Shown here: positions 7,697 to 16,294 of the stretch, in pieces | Layout of the letters: every line of letters begins with the position of its first letter | How positions within the stretch are numbered: position 1 is the first letter of the stretch | Virus record (IMG/VR): IMGVR_UViG_3300029787_000037 | Span: 1 to 59,756 of that record | Length of the DNA: 59,756 nucleotides | Reading direction: 5' to 3' (one strand) | DNA from: a virus | Taxonomy: Duplodnaviria; Caudoviricetes | Notes under the pieces: generated by a model | Seen by the model: only the letters and a program-made list of their open reading frames with translations | Database searches by the model: none | What the model was told of the DNA's origin: nothing | Position numbers and translations under genes: made by a program

Positions 7697-8851
7697 CTAA
7701 ACTGCTATCTGTAATTCGATAGGCGCAGAAGCAGTCGCATCATGTAGGTCTTTAGATGCATGATTGGCATACTTCATAGTCTGGGATATGTCGTTATGCC
7801 CCATAATTTTTGACAAGTATGCTAGCGACATACCCCGCCTTAAACGGTGTGCCGCATAGGTGTGACGAAGATCATGGAAACGGAAGTCCGTCACCTTGGC
7901 GAACTCCTTAGTCTCTTGCCACGCACGTTTAAGGTCTTTGTAGTGTGTGCGGCTTCTTTGGTTCCAGAAGACATATGCATCAGGACACCTTGGTTCAGAC
8001 ATCATCCGCTTCAAGGTTGGTACAAATTCCTGGGGGACAGGCACTACTCTTTCTTTATTCCCCTTACATATCTCAGGGGGTAAGCGGAACTGATAACCAG
8101 AAGTCTGGTTTTCAATCTCCAGATAATCCCATCGATTAAGGAACAGTTCGCCTTGTCGCAGCCCCATCAAGAACGCCATGAGTATGATGTCATGCATGTC
8201 TGGGTTACAGCATTTCCGTGACGCTGCTAACAAACGCTCCATCTCTTCTAACTCTAAGAAGCGAGTGCGCTCAACAAGAGTGAAGTCTGACTTATCATAG
8301 TCTCTTATGGGGTTGGTCTTGATGACTGATGTAGTTCTCTTTGCATGTGTAAAGATACTACTCAGGGTTTGGAGATCCCCTAGTATGGTGCGACCTGTGA
8401 TGTATGAACCTTGTACGTTTTTGTCCAACCTCCGAGATTGGACATAAGCATGGATAGTTTCATTACTCATGTCCAAGAGGTTGACGCCACGAAACACAGG
8501 CAGAATTCGCCTCACAACCTTCATATGATCTTTCGCATACTTCTCAGACTTTGTGTTGAGTTCCTTAATATGCGTCAGATTTGTCAGGTCCTTCTCGGGA
8601 TGGAACCAACCAAACCTATCATGCAGAAAGTTGTATGCGGCATCCTCAAATAGGATCGCATCCTTCCTTAATGTGATAGTCCCTGCCAGATACTCATCAC
8701 GTTTTTCGATAGCCAGTTTCGCGGCCTCTATAGTAGAGGAACACTCCAATGGTATCTGAACAGGCTTACCTTGGTGTTTGAATTGGGAGTAGTATTTGGT
8801 TCCCCCTTTTCTTTCCCGCACCAGTAGGTACGGGTACTTCTTTGTAGCCAT
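7697..8851 (-). CDS. int: Tyrosine integrase (start probably ATG 8851)
   Basis: GLRQGEL (Arg), KGNKER, FRFHDLRHTYA (HxxR), MGH, TMKYA (Tyr); N-terminal arm-binding-like segment. Confidence 0.96.
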   Translation of the reverse strand: MATKKYPYLLVRERKGGTKYYSQFKHQGKPVQIPLECSSTIEAAKLAIEKRDEYLAGTITLRKDAILFEDAAYNFLHDRFGWFHPEKDLTNLTHIKELNTKSEKYAKDHMKVVRRILPVFRGVNLLDMSNETIHAYVQSRRLDKNVQGSYITGRTILGDLQTLSSIFTHAKRTTSVIKTNPIRDYDKSDFTLVERTRFLELEEMERLLAASRKCCNPDMHDIILMAFLMGLRQGELFLNRWDYLEIENQTSGYQFRLPPEICKGNKERVVPVPQEFVPTLKRMMSEPRCPDAYVFWNQRSRTHYKDLKRAWQETKEFAKVTDFRFHDLRHTYAAHRLRRGMSLAYLSKIMGHNDISQTMKYANHASKDLHDATASAPIELQIAV

Positions 8852-8862
8852 GCCACATCCTT

Positions 8863-9033
8863 TCAATTATGTAGTTCTGTCAAACGGTCACCATTAAAAC
8901 GCCAACCTCTTCCTACTCGAAAGACGATGCCTTCTGGCACCTTGTTTTCAGCAAGCCAGCGGTAGATGGTGCGCCTTGATAATTTTAGCTGATCTGCTGT
9001 TTCTTGTGGAGTTAATAAATTTTTAATTGGCAT
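8863..9033 (-). CDS. xis: Excisionase / HTH_17-type DNA-binding protein (56 aa; not in ORF track)
   Basis: MPIKNLLTPQETADQLKLSRRTIYRWLAENKVPEGIVFRVGRGWRF; AAGGAG RBS; immediately upstream of int. Confidence 0.85.
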   Translation of the reverse strand: MPIKNLLTPQETADQLKLSRRTIYRWLAENKVPEGIVFRVGRGWRFNGDRLTELHN

Positions 9034-9063
9034 AATTTACTCCTTATGTTTTAATAGTGGAAG

Positions 9064-9079
9064 TTAATGTTTAGTTAAC
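9064..9079. promoter_or_regulatory. CtrA-type binding site
   Basis: TTAA-tgtttag-TTAAC (TTAA-N7-TTAAC) between divergent xis and HTH genes. Confidence 0.6.
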
Positions 9080-9096
9080 CGGATGAGAGACGTAAT

Positions 9097-9363
9097 GTGA
9101 GTATCGATACAGACAGCGACTACGAGTATGTACATCCCGAATATTATGGAATTGATCTCTACCTCCACAAAATCAGAACATGGGCGCACAAATACGGGTT
9201 CTCCGCACACGGGCTAGCCAAAGCGTGTGATATGTCGCCAGGAACCTTACAGAAAATGTTCCGAAAAGAATGGAACCCAACCGTTAACACACTCGCGGCA
9301 CTTGAGTACTTCATGTACAATTATGAGAAGAAGATGGAGTGGAAAGCGAAGATGCAAAAGTAG
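9097..9363 (+). CDS. XRE/Cro-like HTH regulator (candidate repressor/Cro)
   Basis: 'SAHGLAKACDMSPGTLQKM...WNPTVNTLAALE'; divergent from xis-int. Confidence 0.7.
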   Translation: MSIDTDSDYEYVHPEYYGIDLYLHKIRTWAHKYGFSAHGLAKACDMSPGTLQKMFRKEWNPTVNTLAALEYFMYNYEKKMEWKAKMQK

Positions 9364-9721
9364 AGAGCATCTTCTCTAGATACCACTGAGCCTTTTTCAG
9401 ATCTTCCTCTTGGTTCTTATATTTATATCGCCAGATATATTTGATGCAGTTGCCTTGGCAATAGGAACGAAACCCATCGACATCTAATGCCGCTTCAATG
9501 GCATCGATACATTCAATCCCCGCCTGATTATAGTGCGGCGGGGAGTTCACCATGTCTTCTGGTGGGAGATCAAAAGTGTCTTCCACCTTGTGGCCTTTCG
9601 CACGGTGCTCTTCCCGTGCCTTTTGTATCATCCTAAGATAATAATCGTGACTGCGCTCCCCTTTGTAGGGGGTTGTGTCACGATCCACAGGTGCCGCCTT
9701 TTCCGGTAATGTCACAGACAT
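9311..9721 (-). CDS. DUF3310 / T7 gp1.7-like putative nucleotide kinase (start uncertain, 9688-9721)
   Basis: VNSPPHY..GIECIDAI...GNCIKYIWRY.YKN..EDLKKAQWYL. Confidence 0.88.
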   Translation of the reverse strand: MSVTLPEKAAPVDRDTTPYKGERSHDYYLRMIQKAREEHRAKGHKVEDTFDLPPEDMVNSPPHYNQAGIECIDAIEAALDVDGFRSYCQGNCIKYIWRYKYKNQEEDLKKAQWYLEKMLSTFASSLSTPSSSHNCT

Positions 9722-11354
9722 CGATTGCCTCCATACTTTCGTCAAATTTCTCACCAAGTTTTGCCTTCGCCTCACTGTACGGCACCGCCGTAAGCGGTTG
9801 ACCACCGCGACTTCCATCGGGATAGCAAGTAAAGCCCCTAAGACGATGAGCATATTTTGCTAACGTCTCGGCAAACGGTTGGACTGTGTCTGGATTGTTT
9901 AGCTTATGTCCCCACTGTGGGAGATTGATGGTCGAGCTAATCGACATATCAACGTAGTCTTGAACATCCGCCTGGAACTTTATGCGCTGCTCGTAATTCT
10001 CAGACAAATCGAGGCTTGTCTGGATCTTGTCTGGATCAACGTCATATCTATCAATGACGTTTTGCGCTGCGGTATCCACCACATACTGGTACTTCCATCG
10101 CTTGTTCTCTAGGTAACGGCGTTTGAAAGCGACAGCGAACAGGGGTTCGATCCCAGAACTGGTACTTGCCAAAATGGCTATCGATCCGGTGGGAGCGATA
10201 GCTCTACGAGCGACGGGCTGGCTCAAACTAAGATCGTCAGCACCGCGAGAAGCTGCTTGGTCGGACACATTTTTATAAACGTGTAACCACCGCTTGAGTT
10301 CCGGTGTAACCTCATAGGGCATCCGTCTCTGGAGCAACCATTCATGGATGCCCATCAGACCAAGGCCTAACCGCCTGTTCTTCTCGCGGACACCATAGAT
10401 ATGATCATAAGGAAGCTCGGCCTTGATTGTGCCGCAAAGTAGGAACTTAGTAGCCAACTCGGTACATAGGCCGAACTCTTTGATGTTCTCAATACGAGAC
10501 ATATTGAGAGAGCCAAGGTTACAGACATCACCGTCATCGGAAGATGTTACTTCAGTGCAAGCGTTACGAAGTGTCTCGGTCTCTTTGTCAAAGAAGTTAA
10601 ATGAGAACCCTGGCTCTCCGGTACGCATGGCTTGTTCGACATTTGACAGCCAGACATCAGACAGTTTGCCCGTCTCCCAGTAGTCGGTTAGCCACTTAGT
10701 GTTCCAGTTAATGCTGATGTTAGTCATGTCCAAGTCAGCCTCGTAATTAAAGTCGGCTTGCTTGGCATCGGCTACGGAGAGGTCCGTGCCTTGGATCTTC
10801 TTACTATGCCAGTCCTTGGCTTTGAGGAAGTTTAGGACATCGGAATGGTCACAAGAAAGTGAGGCATAAATAGCAGAGCGACGGCTACCGCCTTGCATGA
10901 CGGTGCGGCCAATATTGTTGACTGCCTTCATCAGATCGATGGGGCCAGAGGCTATGCCGCCTGTCCCGCCTAGCTTAGAGCCAGCCCCACGCAAAATAGA
11001 ATAGTCAATCCCAATCCCGCCACCTGTCATCAGACACATCGTCGCATCGTGGACAGTCTTAGCCCACTGTTCGCGGGTGTCTTCCTCACAATTCAACAGG
11101 AAACAGTTGTTGAAGAACTTCCGTTTGCGACCAGCGTAATAGAGATACCTACCGCCTGGGATGAAACGCATGGTGGCGATCATCCACTTCAAACCGTCAA
11201 TATCTGTCTTGTCCAAAAGTCCTGAACAAACATCTTCAACCAAGGTGTTGGCTAGCTCGGGCCAAGTCTCAGCGTTCTCATGTTTATATTTCAGATTAAA
11301 AATGTCTTCTGAAAGGTGGTCACGGAAAATCTTGTTGTCGGCATTGATGCTCAT
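9678..11354 (-). CDS. nrdJ: Class II (adenosylcobalamin-dependent) ribonucleotide reductase
   Basis: PGGR, NNCF, RNACTE, CNLGSLN, RRLGLGLMG, IAPTGS, SSGIEP, C-terminal Cys pair; no nrdB in the genome. Confidence 0.9.
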   Translation of the reverse strand: MSINADNKIFRDHLSEDIFNLKYKHENAETWPELANTLVEDVCSGLLDKTDIDGLKWMIATMRFIPGGRYLYYAGRKRKFFNNCFLLNCEEDTREQWAKTVHDATMCLMTGGGIGIDYSILRGAGSKLGGTGGIASGPIDLMKAVNNIGRTVMQGGSRRSAIYASLSCDHSDVLNFLKAKDWHSKKIQGTDLSVADAKQADFNYEADLDMTNISINWNTKWLTDYWETGKLSDVWLSNVEQAMRTGEPGFSFNFFDKETETLRNACTEVTSSDDGDVCNLGSLNMSRIENIKEFGLCTELATKFLLCGTIKAELPYDHIYGVREKNRRLGLGLMGIHEWLLQRRMPYEVTPELKRWLHVYKNVSDQAASRGADDLSLSQPVARRAIAPTGSIAILASTSSGIEPLFAVAFKRRYLENKRWKYQYVVDTAAQNVIDRYDVDPDKIQTSLDLSENYEQRIKFQADVQDYVDMSISSTINLPQWGHKLNNPDTVQPFAETLAKYAHRLRGFTCYPDGSRGGQPLTAVPYSEAKAKLGEKFDESMEAIDVCDITGKGGTCGS

Positions 11355-11363
11355 GTTCTGATC

Positions 11364-13508
11364 TCACTTAGCGGAAGCCCAAGTCAAACCCGTGTGGTGT
11401 GTAACGAGTTCTCGTTGGGGAATGTTTGGAAAGAATTCTGTCGCAGCCCAAGTCATGGCATCGACCATGATCTTCTCGGCTTTCTTCACTTCCGCATTTG
11501 GGACTTCAGCAATGATCTCATCATGCACCACATGGATCAGCTTCGCTTTGAGGTCACCCCAGACATTCGGGAATTTTGACAGACAAAGAAGCATGATCTC
11601 GGCGGCTCCACCTTGGCAGACTGTGTTGACAGACTTTGTAAAAAGTTGTGACGGATAATGGGGCGCATACACACGCCCTTGAGGCGTCCATAAGAACCCT
11701 GTGTCATCGCTTGATTTGTGAGTTTGTCTGATCCACTTCTTGAGGTCTGGATATAACTCCAACATCTCATGCTGGATACGAGATGCCTCATTCGGTGATG
11801 TCTGCTGGCCTTGCGCCGTTAACTTTTGGGCGAGACCCCGTGGACCTTGTCCATAGACCAGACCAAATATACACGCTTTCGCCGCGTCACGATAGGGTTG
11901 TCCATCTCCTTTGGTGAAATAATCATCATCCACTCCTTCGGGGTATTCCCCTTTGAAGCAGTGACGGGCCACCATTGTGTGTACATCTAAGCCATCTTCG
12001 ATAGCCTTGAGAAGGACACGGTCTTGAGCCACAGATGCAGCAACCCTGATTTCAATCTGCCCATAATCACAGACCACAAGTTGGTGATTGGGTTTGCTGA
12101 CAAACAAATGTCTGAACTCGTTTGTCTTGTTAATTGTCTGAAGGGCTGGCTCGGTAACAGAGAACCGCCCAGTCTCAGTGCCGCCGATCCGAAAATTAGC
12201 GTGTAGCCTTTTCGTGATTGGATTCACAAATCTTGTGAAGTCAGAACCAAGTGTCGAGTTATTCTTCTTTGCGTTTGCCCAGTTCGCCAAAGCAATAAGA
12301 GGGGGCCTGTGGTCTTCAGGAACCAACCCAACATTCTCAAGCAGATGTTCCTTACCCACTTGAAGCTGACCTGTGTCTGTCTTAGGCCAACCATCAGTAT
12401 TGAAGGGTGGAAACTTTTCAAGATGGAAGCGAAGCCATGCAGCCACTTGTTTGGTGGAGCCTGGGTTATCCACCTCGGGTGCGCCAGCAGCACTGTGAGA
12501 AGCGAAGGCTTTAGTGGCGTCAGACAAGCCCGTGTTAAACTCAGACAAAAGTTTGTCTGACAAGACTTTGTGCTGCTTGGCGTCAAACTCGACGCCCGTG
12601 ATCATCACCTCATTGGTTGCTCGAATTGCAGACCGCATGAGGTCATAGGTCCACTCACAATCTTCAGAGGGTAACCGCTTGATTGTGCTCACCAGATGCT
12701 TCTGCTTCTGATAAAGCATCCAAGTCGCAACAACGTCTCCAGCCGCATAGTGGATTTGGTTCTGATCAAGAGGGTCTCTAGACCAGTCACTGGCTTGCTG
12801 CTGTTTGTTGAGTTCTTTTCCAAGGATCAACTTGCAACGTGCCGCCAATGCCTTGCTCACAAAACCGACACTCTCCAGAGCGTGAGCTTGCAAAAGGCTA
12901 CAGTGGGGATGCCTTGCTGGTGTGATCCCCAACGTACTCAACATTTTAACATCGAACTGGGCGTTATGCGCCAGCCAGATAACAGTGTTTTTGTTAAGAA
13001 CACGTTGACCTAGCTCGTCAAACTTCCCAGCCCCGACATGCCAGCGGTCAATAACAATGACCTCGTCGCCGCCATCATATAACTGAAGCAGTCGAACCTG
13101 ACCTGTGTAGACATTGAGGCCAGCCCTCTTCACATGACGAGCTACCTCATTGAGATTTGATCTAGCCTGGGCAAGGTCAGATTTAGCCGCATCACGACTT
13201 ATGCGTTGTTCGGGGGAACACTTGGCAGCATGAGGAAATGCCGCAAAAGTTTTTTGAACCTTGTCATGCTCATTGAAACGTCTGTCGTATTCATCCAACA
13301 ACGATTGGACAGCAGCCGTCTCAACGTCCACAGACAAGAGCAAGGGGTCAGACTTTGTCTGGCTCTCAAGTTTTGTTTCTAGCTCCCTGATGACATTTTC
13401 TAGTTCGCCGTCATCTGTCACATAGCGAAGATGTTTGTCTTCCATAAAATCATGGAAGCTGGGGGCGGCTGATGTGCCGCTCCCCAACACCGCTTCCAAT
13501 GCCGTCAT
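11364..13508 (-). CDS. polA: DNA polymerase family A with 3'-5' exonuclease
   Basis: DVET, HNAQFD, YAAGD exo motifs; TGRFS, DYGQIE (A), RDAAKACIFGLVYG (B), VHDEI (C). Confidence 0.95.
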   Translation of the reverse strand: MTALEAVLGSGTSAAPSFHDFMEDKHLRYVTDDGELENVIRELETKLESQTKSDPLLLSVDVETAAVQSLLDEYDRRFNEHDKVQKTFAAFPHAAKCSPEQRISRDAAKSDLAQARSNLNEVARHVKRAGLNVYTGQVRLLQLYDGGDEVIVIDRWHVGAGKFDELGQRVLNKNTVIWLAHNAQFDVKMLSTLGITPARHPHCSLLQAHALESVGFVSKALAARCKLILGKELNKQQQASDWSRDPLDQNQIHYAAGDVVATWMLYQKQKHLVSTIKRLPSEDCEWTYDLMRSAIRATNEVMITGVEFDAKQHKVLSDKLLSEFNTGLSDATKAFASHSAAGAPEVDNPGSTKQVAAWLRFHLEKFPPFNTDGWPKTDTGQLQVGKEHLLENVGLVPEDHRPPLIALANWANAKKNNSTLGSDFTRFVNPITKRLHANFRIGGTETGRFSVTEPALQTINKTNEFRHLFVSKPNHQLVVCDYGQIEIRVAASVAQDRVLLKAIEDGLDVHTMVARHCFKGEYPEGVDDDYFTKGDGQPYRDAAKACIFGLVYGQGPRGLAQKLTAQGQQTSPNEASRIQHEMLELYPDLKKWIRQTHKSSDDTGFLWTPQGRVYAPHYPSQLFTKSVNTVCQGGAAEIMLLCLSKFPNVWGDLKAKLIHVVHDEIIAEVPNAEVKKAEKIMVDAMTWAATEFFPNIPQRELVTHHTGLTWASAK

Positions 13509-14209
13509 CAGTTTTCTAAAGACGGCTTCTTCTTAGAGGACTTCTTTGGCTCGGCAGCTTCCGGTGTTTCCAAAGGAAGCTCACCTTGTTCTCCGTCCAT
13601 CGAAATATAGCGAGTAATAGTCATAAGGGGAATGTGGGTCTTCCCGCCATACTTCTTGTTGTTATAGAAGCCAGTGTCAAACAGGACTACGGGAACCTTG
13701 CCTAGGGCGTCACCGCTTTTGCAGTCACGAATCCACTGCTTCATCATGTTACCGATTGCAGCTTGCCCACCTTTAGAAGAGGTAGTGAACTGGGCAGCGA
13801 TCTCATCTGGTATACCGTAACTCGCCAAAATTTTGAGATCGAACCGGAAGTTCTCGGACCAGCCATCATTTTGTTGGGAGTAGGGTCCGTGGTCGGCAAG
13901 CGTATGTTGTTCTGGTAGAGGTTGCCCCACCGTCACCCAATGCTCATCAATCGGATTGCCGTCCTTCCAGCAAACCCAGCCATGCTGAAGCTGAGGCAAA
14001 TTCGGAACAGCCTCAAACTTGTTTTCAGGAAAGCTGTCTTGGGCTTTGCCAATCATCCAGTCGCCCTGCTTGTATTTAAGGTACTGGACACCCGCCACTG
14101 ACATGCGGTCAGCTAGGCTATCGATTGCGTTGACTAAGGAGGAAGTCAATGCTACCCCCATGTCTGGGGTTGGGCTTGTCTGAAGTTCACTCATTTGTCT
14201 ACCTTTCAC
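13508..14209 (-). CDS. Putative ssDNA-binding/replication protein (start probably 14194)
   Basis: YLKYKQGDW, HGWVCWKDG, YNNKKYG motifs; position between nuclease and polA. Confidence 0.55.
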   Translation of the reverse strand: MKGRQMSELQTSPTPDMGVALTSSLVNAIDSLADRMSVAGVQYLKYKQGDWMIGKAQDSFPENKFEAVPNLPQLQHGWVCWKDGNPIDEHWVTVGQPLPEQHTLADHGPYSQQNDGWSENFRFDLKILASYGIPDEIAAQFTTSSKGGQAAIGNMMKQWIRDCKSGDALGKVPVVLFDTGFYNNKKYGGKTHIPLMTITRYISMDGEQGELPLETPEAAEPKKSSKKKPSLEN

Positions 14210-14239
14210 GGTTGCTTGATGAAAAAGTCTGTCTGTCTG

Positions 14240-15340
14240 TCAACTTACATTCTTAATCGTTATGTTGATCCTTGGGGTGTAGTCACCAGATGTTTGAAAA
14301 TCTTTCGGGTCCAGCCCCTGTTCCTCAAAGATAGTCTTGTCATAACGAGGGGGGCTTTTGGCAGAGAACGCCGTGACGCTCCCCCAGTCACCTGACACTT
14401 TGCGAGTGCCAGCCTCACGCAGAACCTCCATTATCTCGTTGTCAATTAACTTGAGATCAGAGGCGTCAGACTTTGTCTGAGCGTGAAGTTCTTTGCGCTG
14501 CACAGCCAAGGCGTGAATACGTTCCTCGACGGCAATCGCGTAATTGGATTTTTCACTGGTCGGAATTGCGGCAACTTCGTGGCCTTGGCATCGCTGCCGC
14601 CATGCACACCACTGACAGTCTTTGCCGCCTTCAAGTTTACCTTCTGGCATAGGCAAGTTGTCTGGACTGTAGTTATCCCAGACAGAGTTAGCCCGTTGCT
14701 CCAGAGACAAGGCAAGGTCAGCGTCTCGCTCAACCAGAAAGAATTTTATCTGGTTAACAAAAGACGCATTAATGTACGCAATTACCGAATATTTCGGTGC
14801 ATATTTACCACCCGTTGTGATGTAAGTAAGGTGCATCCCTTGCTGACACTGGAGCCTATGTTGATCCTTCGGCTCAGACAAATTGTCAAATGGTCGGGGG
14901 TCTATCGATTTGATCTCAAAATACAGACAGTTTGTAAGAATTGTCTGGGTGTCTAGCTCATACTTAAATTGTTGGAGTGGGTCCTTAGAAACCAGCAACC
15001 CGTCAGGTGTCGCACTTTGTTTACCGTGAACCAGGGTTTGCTGATCTGAACCAGACCAAATGAGTTCAACATCAGAGGGTAGGCCCTTCTGAACTAGGTC
15101 TTCAAACCATGTCTCAATAATGTTGCCACGCTCTGCTGCGCCCAGGTCTTGAACGAAGTCTTCGTCTTGTTCGACTCCGTGTTTTGAGTAGACGAGTTTT
15201 CTCAGACAACCACCAATCTCAGACGCACCGACTGTCTGGGAGCGGTCATGTCCACCCCAGGTCTTCGCATCCGAAGCGCGGCTTATGTTCTCGGAAACGA
15301 GATCAGTTAGGTTCAACATGATCCACGTTCCAATTTGCAA
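14240..15340 (-). CDS. Cas4-like PD-(D/E)XK exonuclease
   Basis: ASEIGGC.RK, TPDG, EIKS, QCQQGM, C-terminal CQWC.WRQRC (4-Cys Fe-S pattern). Confidence 0.85.
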   Translation of the reverse strand: MQIGTWIMLNLTDLVSENISRASDAKTWGGHDRSQTVGASEIGGCLRKLVYSKHGVEQDEDFVQDLGAAERGNIIETWFEDLVQKGLPSDVELIWSGSDQQTLVHGKQSATPDGLLVSKDPLQQFKYELDTQTILTNCLYFEIKSIDPRPFDNLSEPKDQHRLQCQQGMHLTYITTGGKYAPKYSVIAYINASFVNQIKFFLVERDADLALSLEQRANSVWDNYSPDNLPMPEGKLEGGKDCQWCAWRQRCQGHEVAAIPTSEKSNYAIAVEERIHALAVQRKELHAQTKSDASDLKLIDNEIMEVLREAGTRKVSGDWGSVTAFSAKSPPRYDKTIFEEQGLDPKDFQTSGDYTPRINITIKNVS

Positions 15341-15635
15341 GATAGTCGTCCATAGTGAAAGGCACCAGCGACCAGAAGGAAGAGAGGGTATGGTAGTTAT
15401 TATAGAATGAGGGACCTAACCCTAGATGTTTCTGGTCATCAGGAACAACAGGCGTTTCCTCGTATGGATTATAAACAACCACTTCAAGGATGGTCTCATC
15501 ACAAGGAAGAAGGGTCTTCCTTATTATGTCTGGGGGATTATCAAATAAAACTGGACCGTCCAAATGTTCAGCTAGTTCGTTGTTGTGCTGAACTGCTGCC
15601 CAGATTAAATCATTATCAGTTACCTTGCTTGTCAT
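15303..15635 (-). CDS. Hypothetical protein
   Basis: GAGGGAG RBS, ATGA coupling. Confidence 0.6.
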   Translation of the reverse strand: MTSKVTDNDLIWAAVQHNNELAEHLDGPVLFDNPPDIIRKTLLPCDETILEVVVYNPYEETPVVPDDQKHLGLGPSFYNNYHTLSSFWSLVPFTMDDYLANWNVDHVEPN

Positions 15636-15916
15636 GTCTGATCTCCCTCGTTGTCATTTGCTGTCACCAGTTCAGGGTATTTGAACCGCAACTCTTGCTG
15701 TCTCTGTTCCCACTCCTCATCCGTGAATGAATGACGAATGGTGGCATACAGCAAAGCGTCCAACCCGTTGTCTGCCGCATTATCATAGTCTCCGCTCTCA
15801 TGGTTACGGAGAAACCGAGAGGCGGCTAACAGTTTGATGGCAGGGTCAAGCTGAACTTCTGGGTCAAAATACATGCCCAAGTCTTCGGCTTTCTTAATAA
15901 GCTGTTTGTCTGTCAT
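15632..15916 (-). CDS. Hypothetical protein
   Basis: ATGA-coupled in the operon. Confidence 0.6.
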   Translation of the reverse strand: MTDKQLIKKAEDLGMYFDPEVQLDPAIKLLAASRFLRNHESGDYDNAADNGLDALLYATIRHSFTDEEWEQRQQELRFKYPELVTANDNEGDQT

Positions 15917-16038
15917 GTCTGGTCTCTTTCCCGTTCAGCGTTCACACAGGGCGCACATTTGAACACCCCGTCGATCTTCACAGTGGCGTTCATTACCCCA
16001 CAGTTTGAACAGCGGACGTTTGTCAAAACGATTGTCAT
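15913..16038 (-). CDS. 41-aa CxxC-CxxC zinc-finger peptide (not in ORF track)
   Basis: MTIVLTNVRCSNCGVMNATVKIDGVFKCAPCVNAERERDQT; AAGGGAG RBS. Confidence 0.55.
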   Translation of the reverse strand: MTIVLTNVRCSNCGVMNATVKIDGVFKCAPCVNAERERDQT

Positions 16039-16051
16039 GTCTGATCTCCCT

Positions 16052-16100
16052 TAAAAAGAAAGAGGGGAACAGGCACCTGAACAATACCTGTCCCCCCCTT
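16052..16100 (-). terminator. Intrinsic terminator inside the leftward replication operon
   Basis: GGGGGACAGGTA...TGCCTGTTCCCC stem followed by TCTTTCTTTTT. Confidence 0.65.
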
Positions 16101-16290
16101 TAGTTGGTTTCTTCCGCTAGTGTGATCCTTGACGGGAACGCTGGTAGGGGAAACGCGAAACCCATTAGCGTTCTGTAACCGATTTACCCTCAAGTCAGAG
16201 GGAGAACCACTGATGACAGCCCCTAGCAACGGGCTGGTGTGGGGGCGAGGTACACCCCCGTGAGGAGCCATGCGTAAGAACTCCCCAAAA
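16101..16290 (-). ncRNA. Candidate structured RNA (five consecutive hairpins)
   Basis: Stems GGGGAG/CTCCTC, GGGGG/CCCCC, CAGCCC/GGGCTG, CCCTC/GAGGG, GAACGCT/AGCGTTC. Confidence 0.45.
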
Positions 16291-16294
16291 AACA

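Noticed and set aside
13122-13316. Intein in polA
   Set aside because: Too short; lacks Cys/Ser start and His-Asn end
14240-15340. Cas4 as part of a CRISPR-Cas system
   Set aside because: No cas1/cas2 or array; solo Cas4-like nucleases are common in phage replication modules
16150-16240. Hammerhead ribozyme (CTGATGA followed by a stem)
   Set aside because: No GAAA after stem II; the upstream CGAAAC has no stem III partner; it is also on the strand opposite the operon
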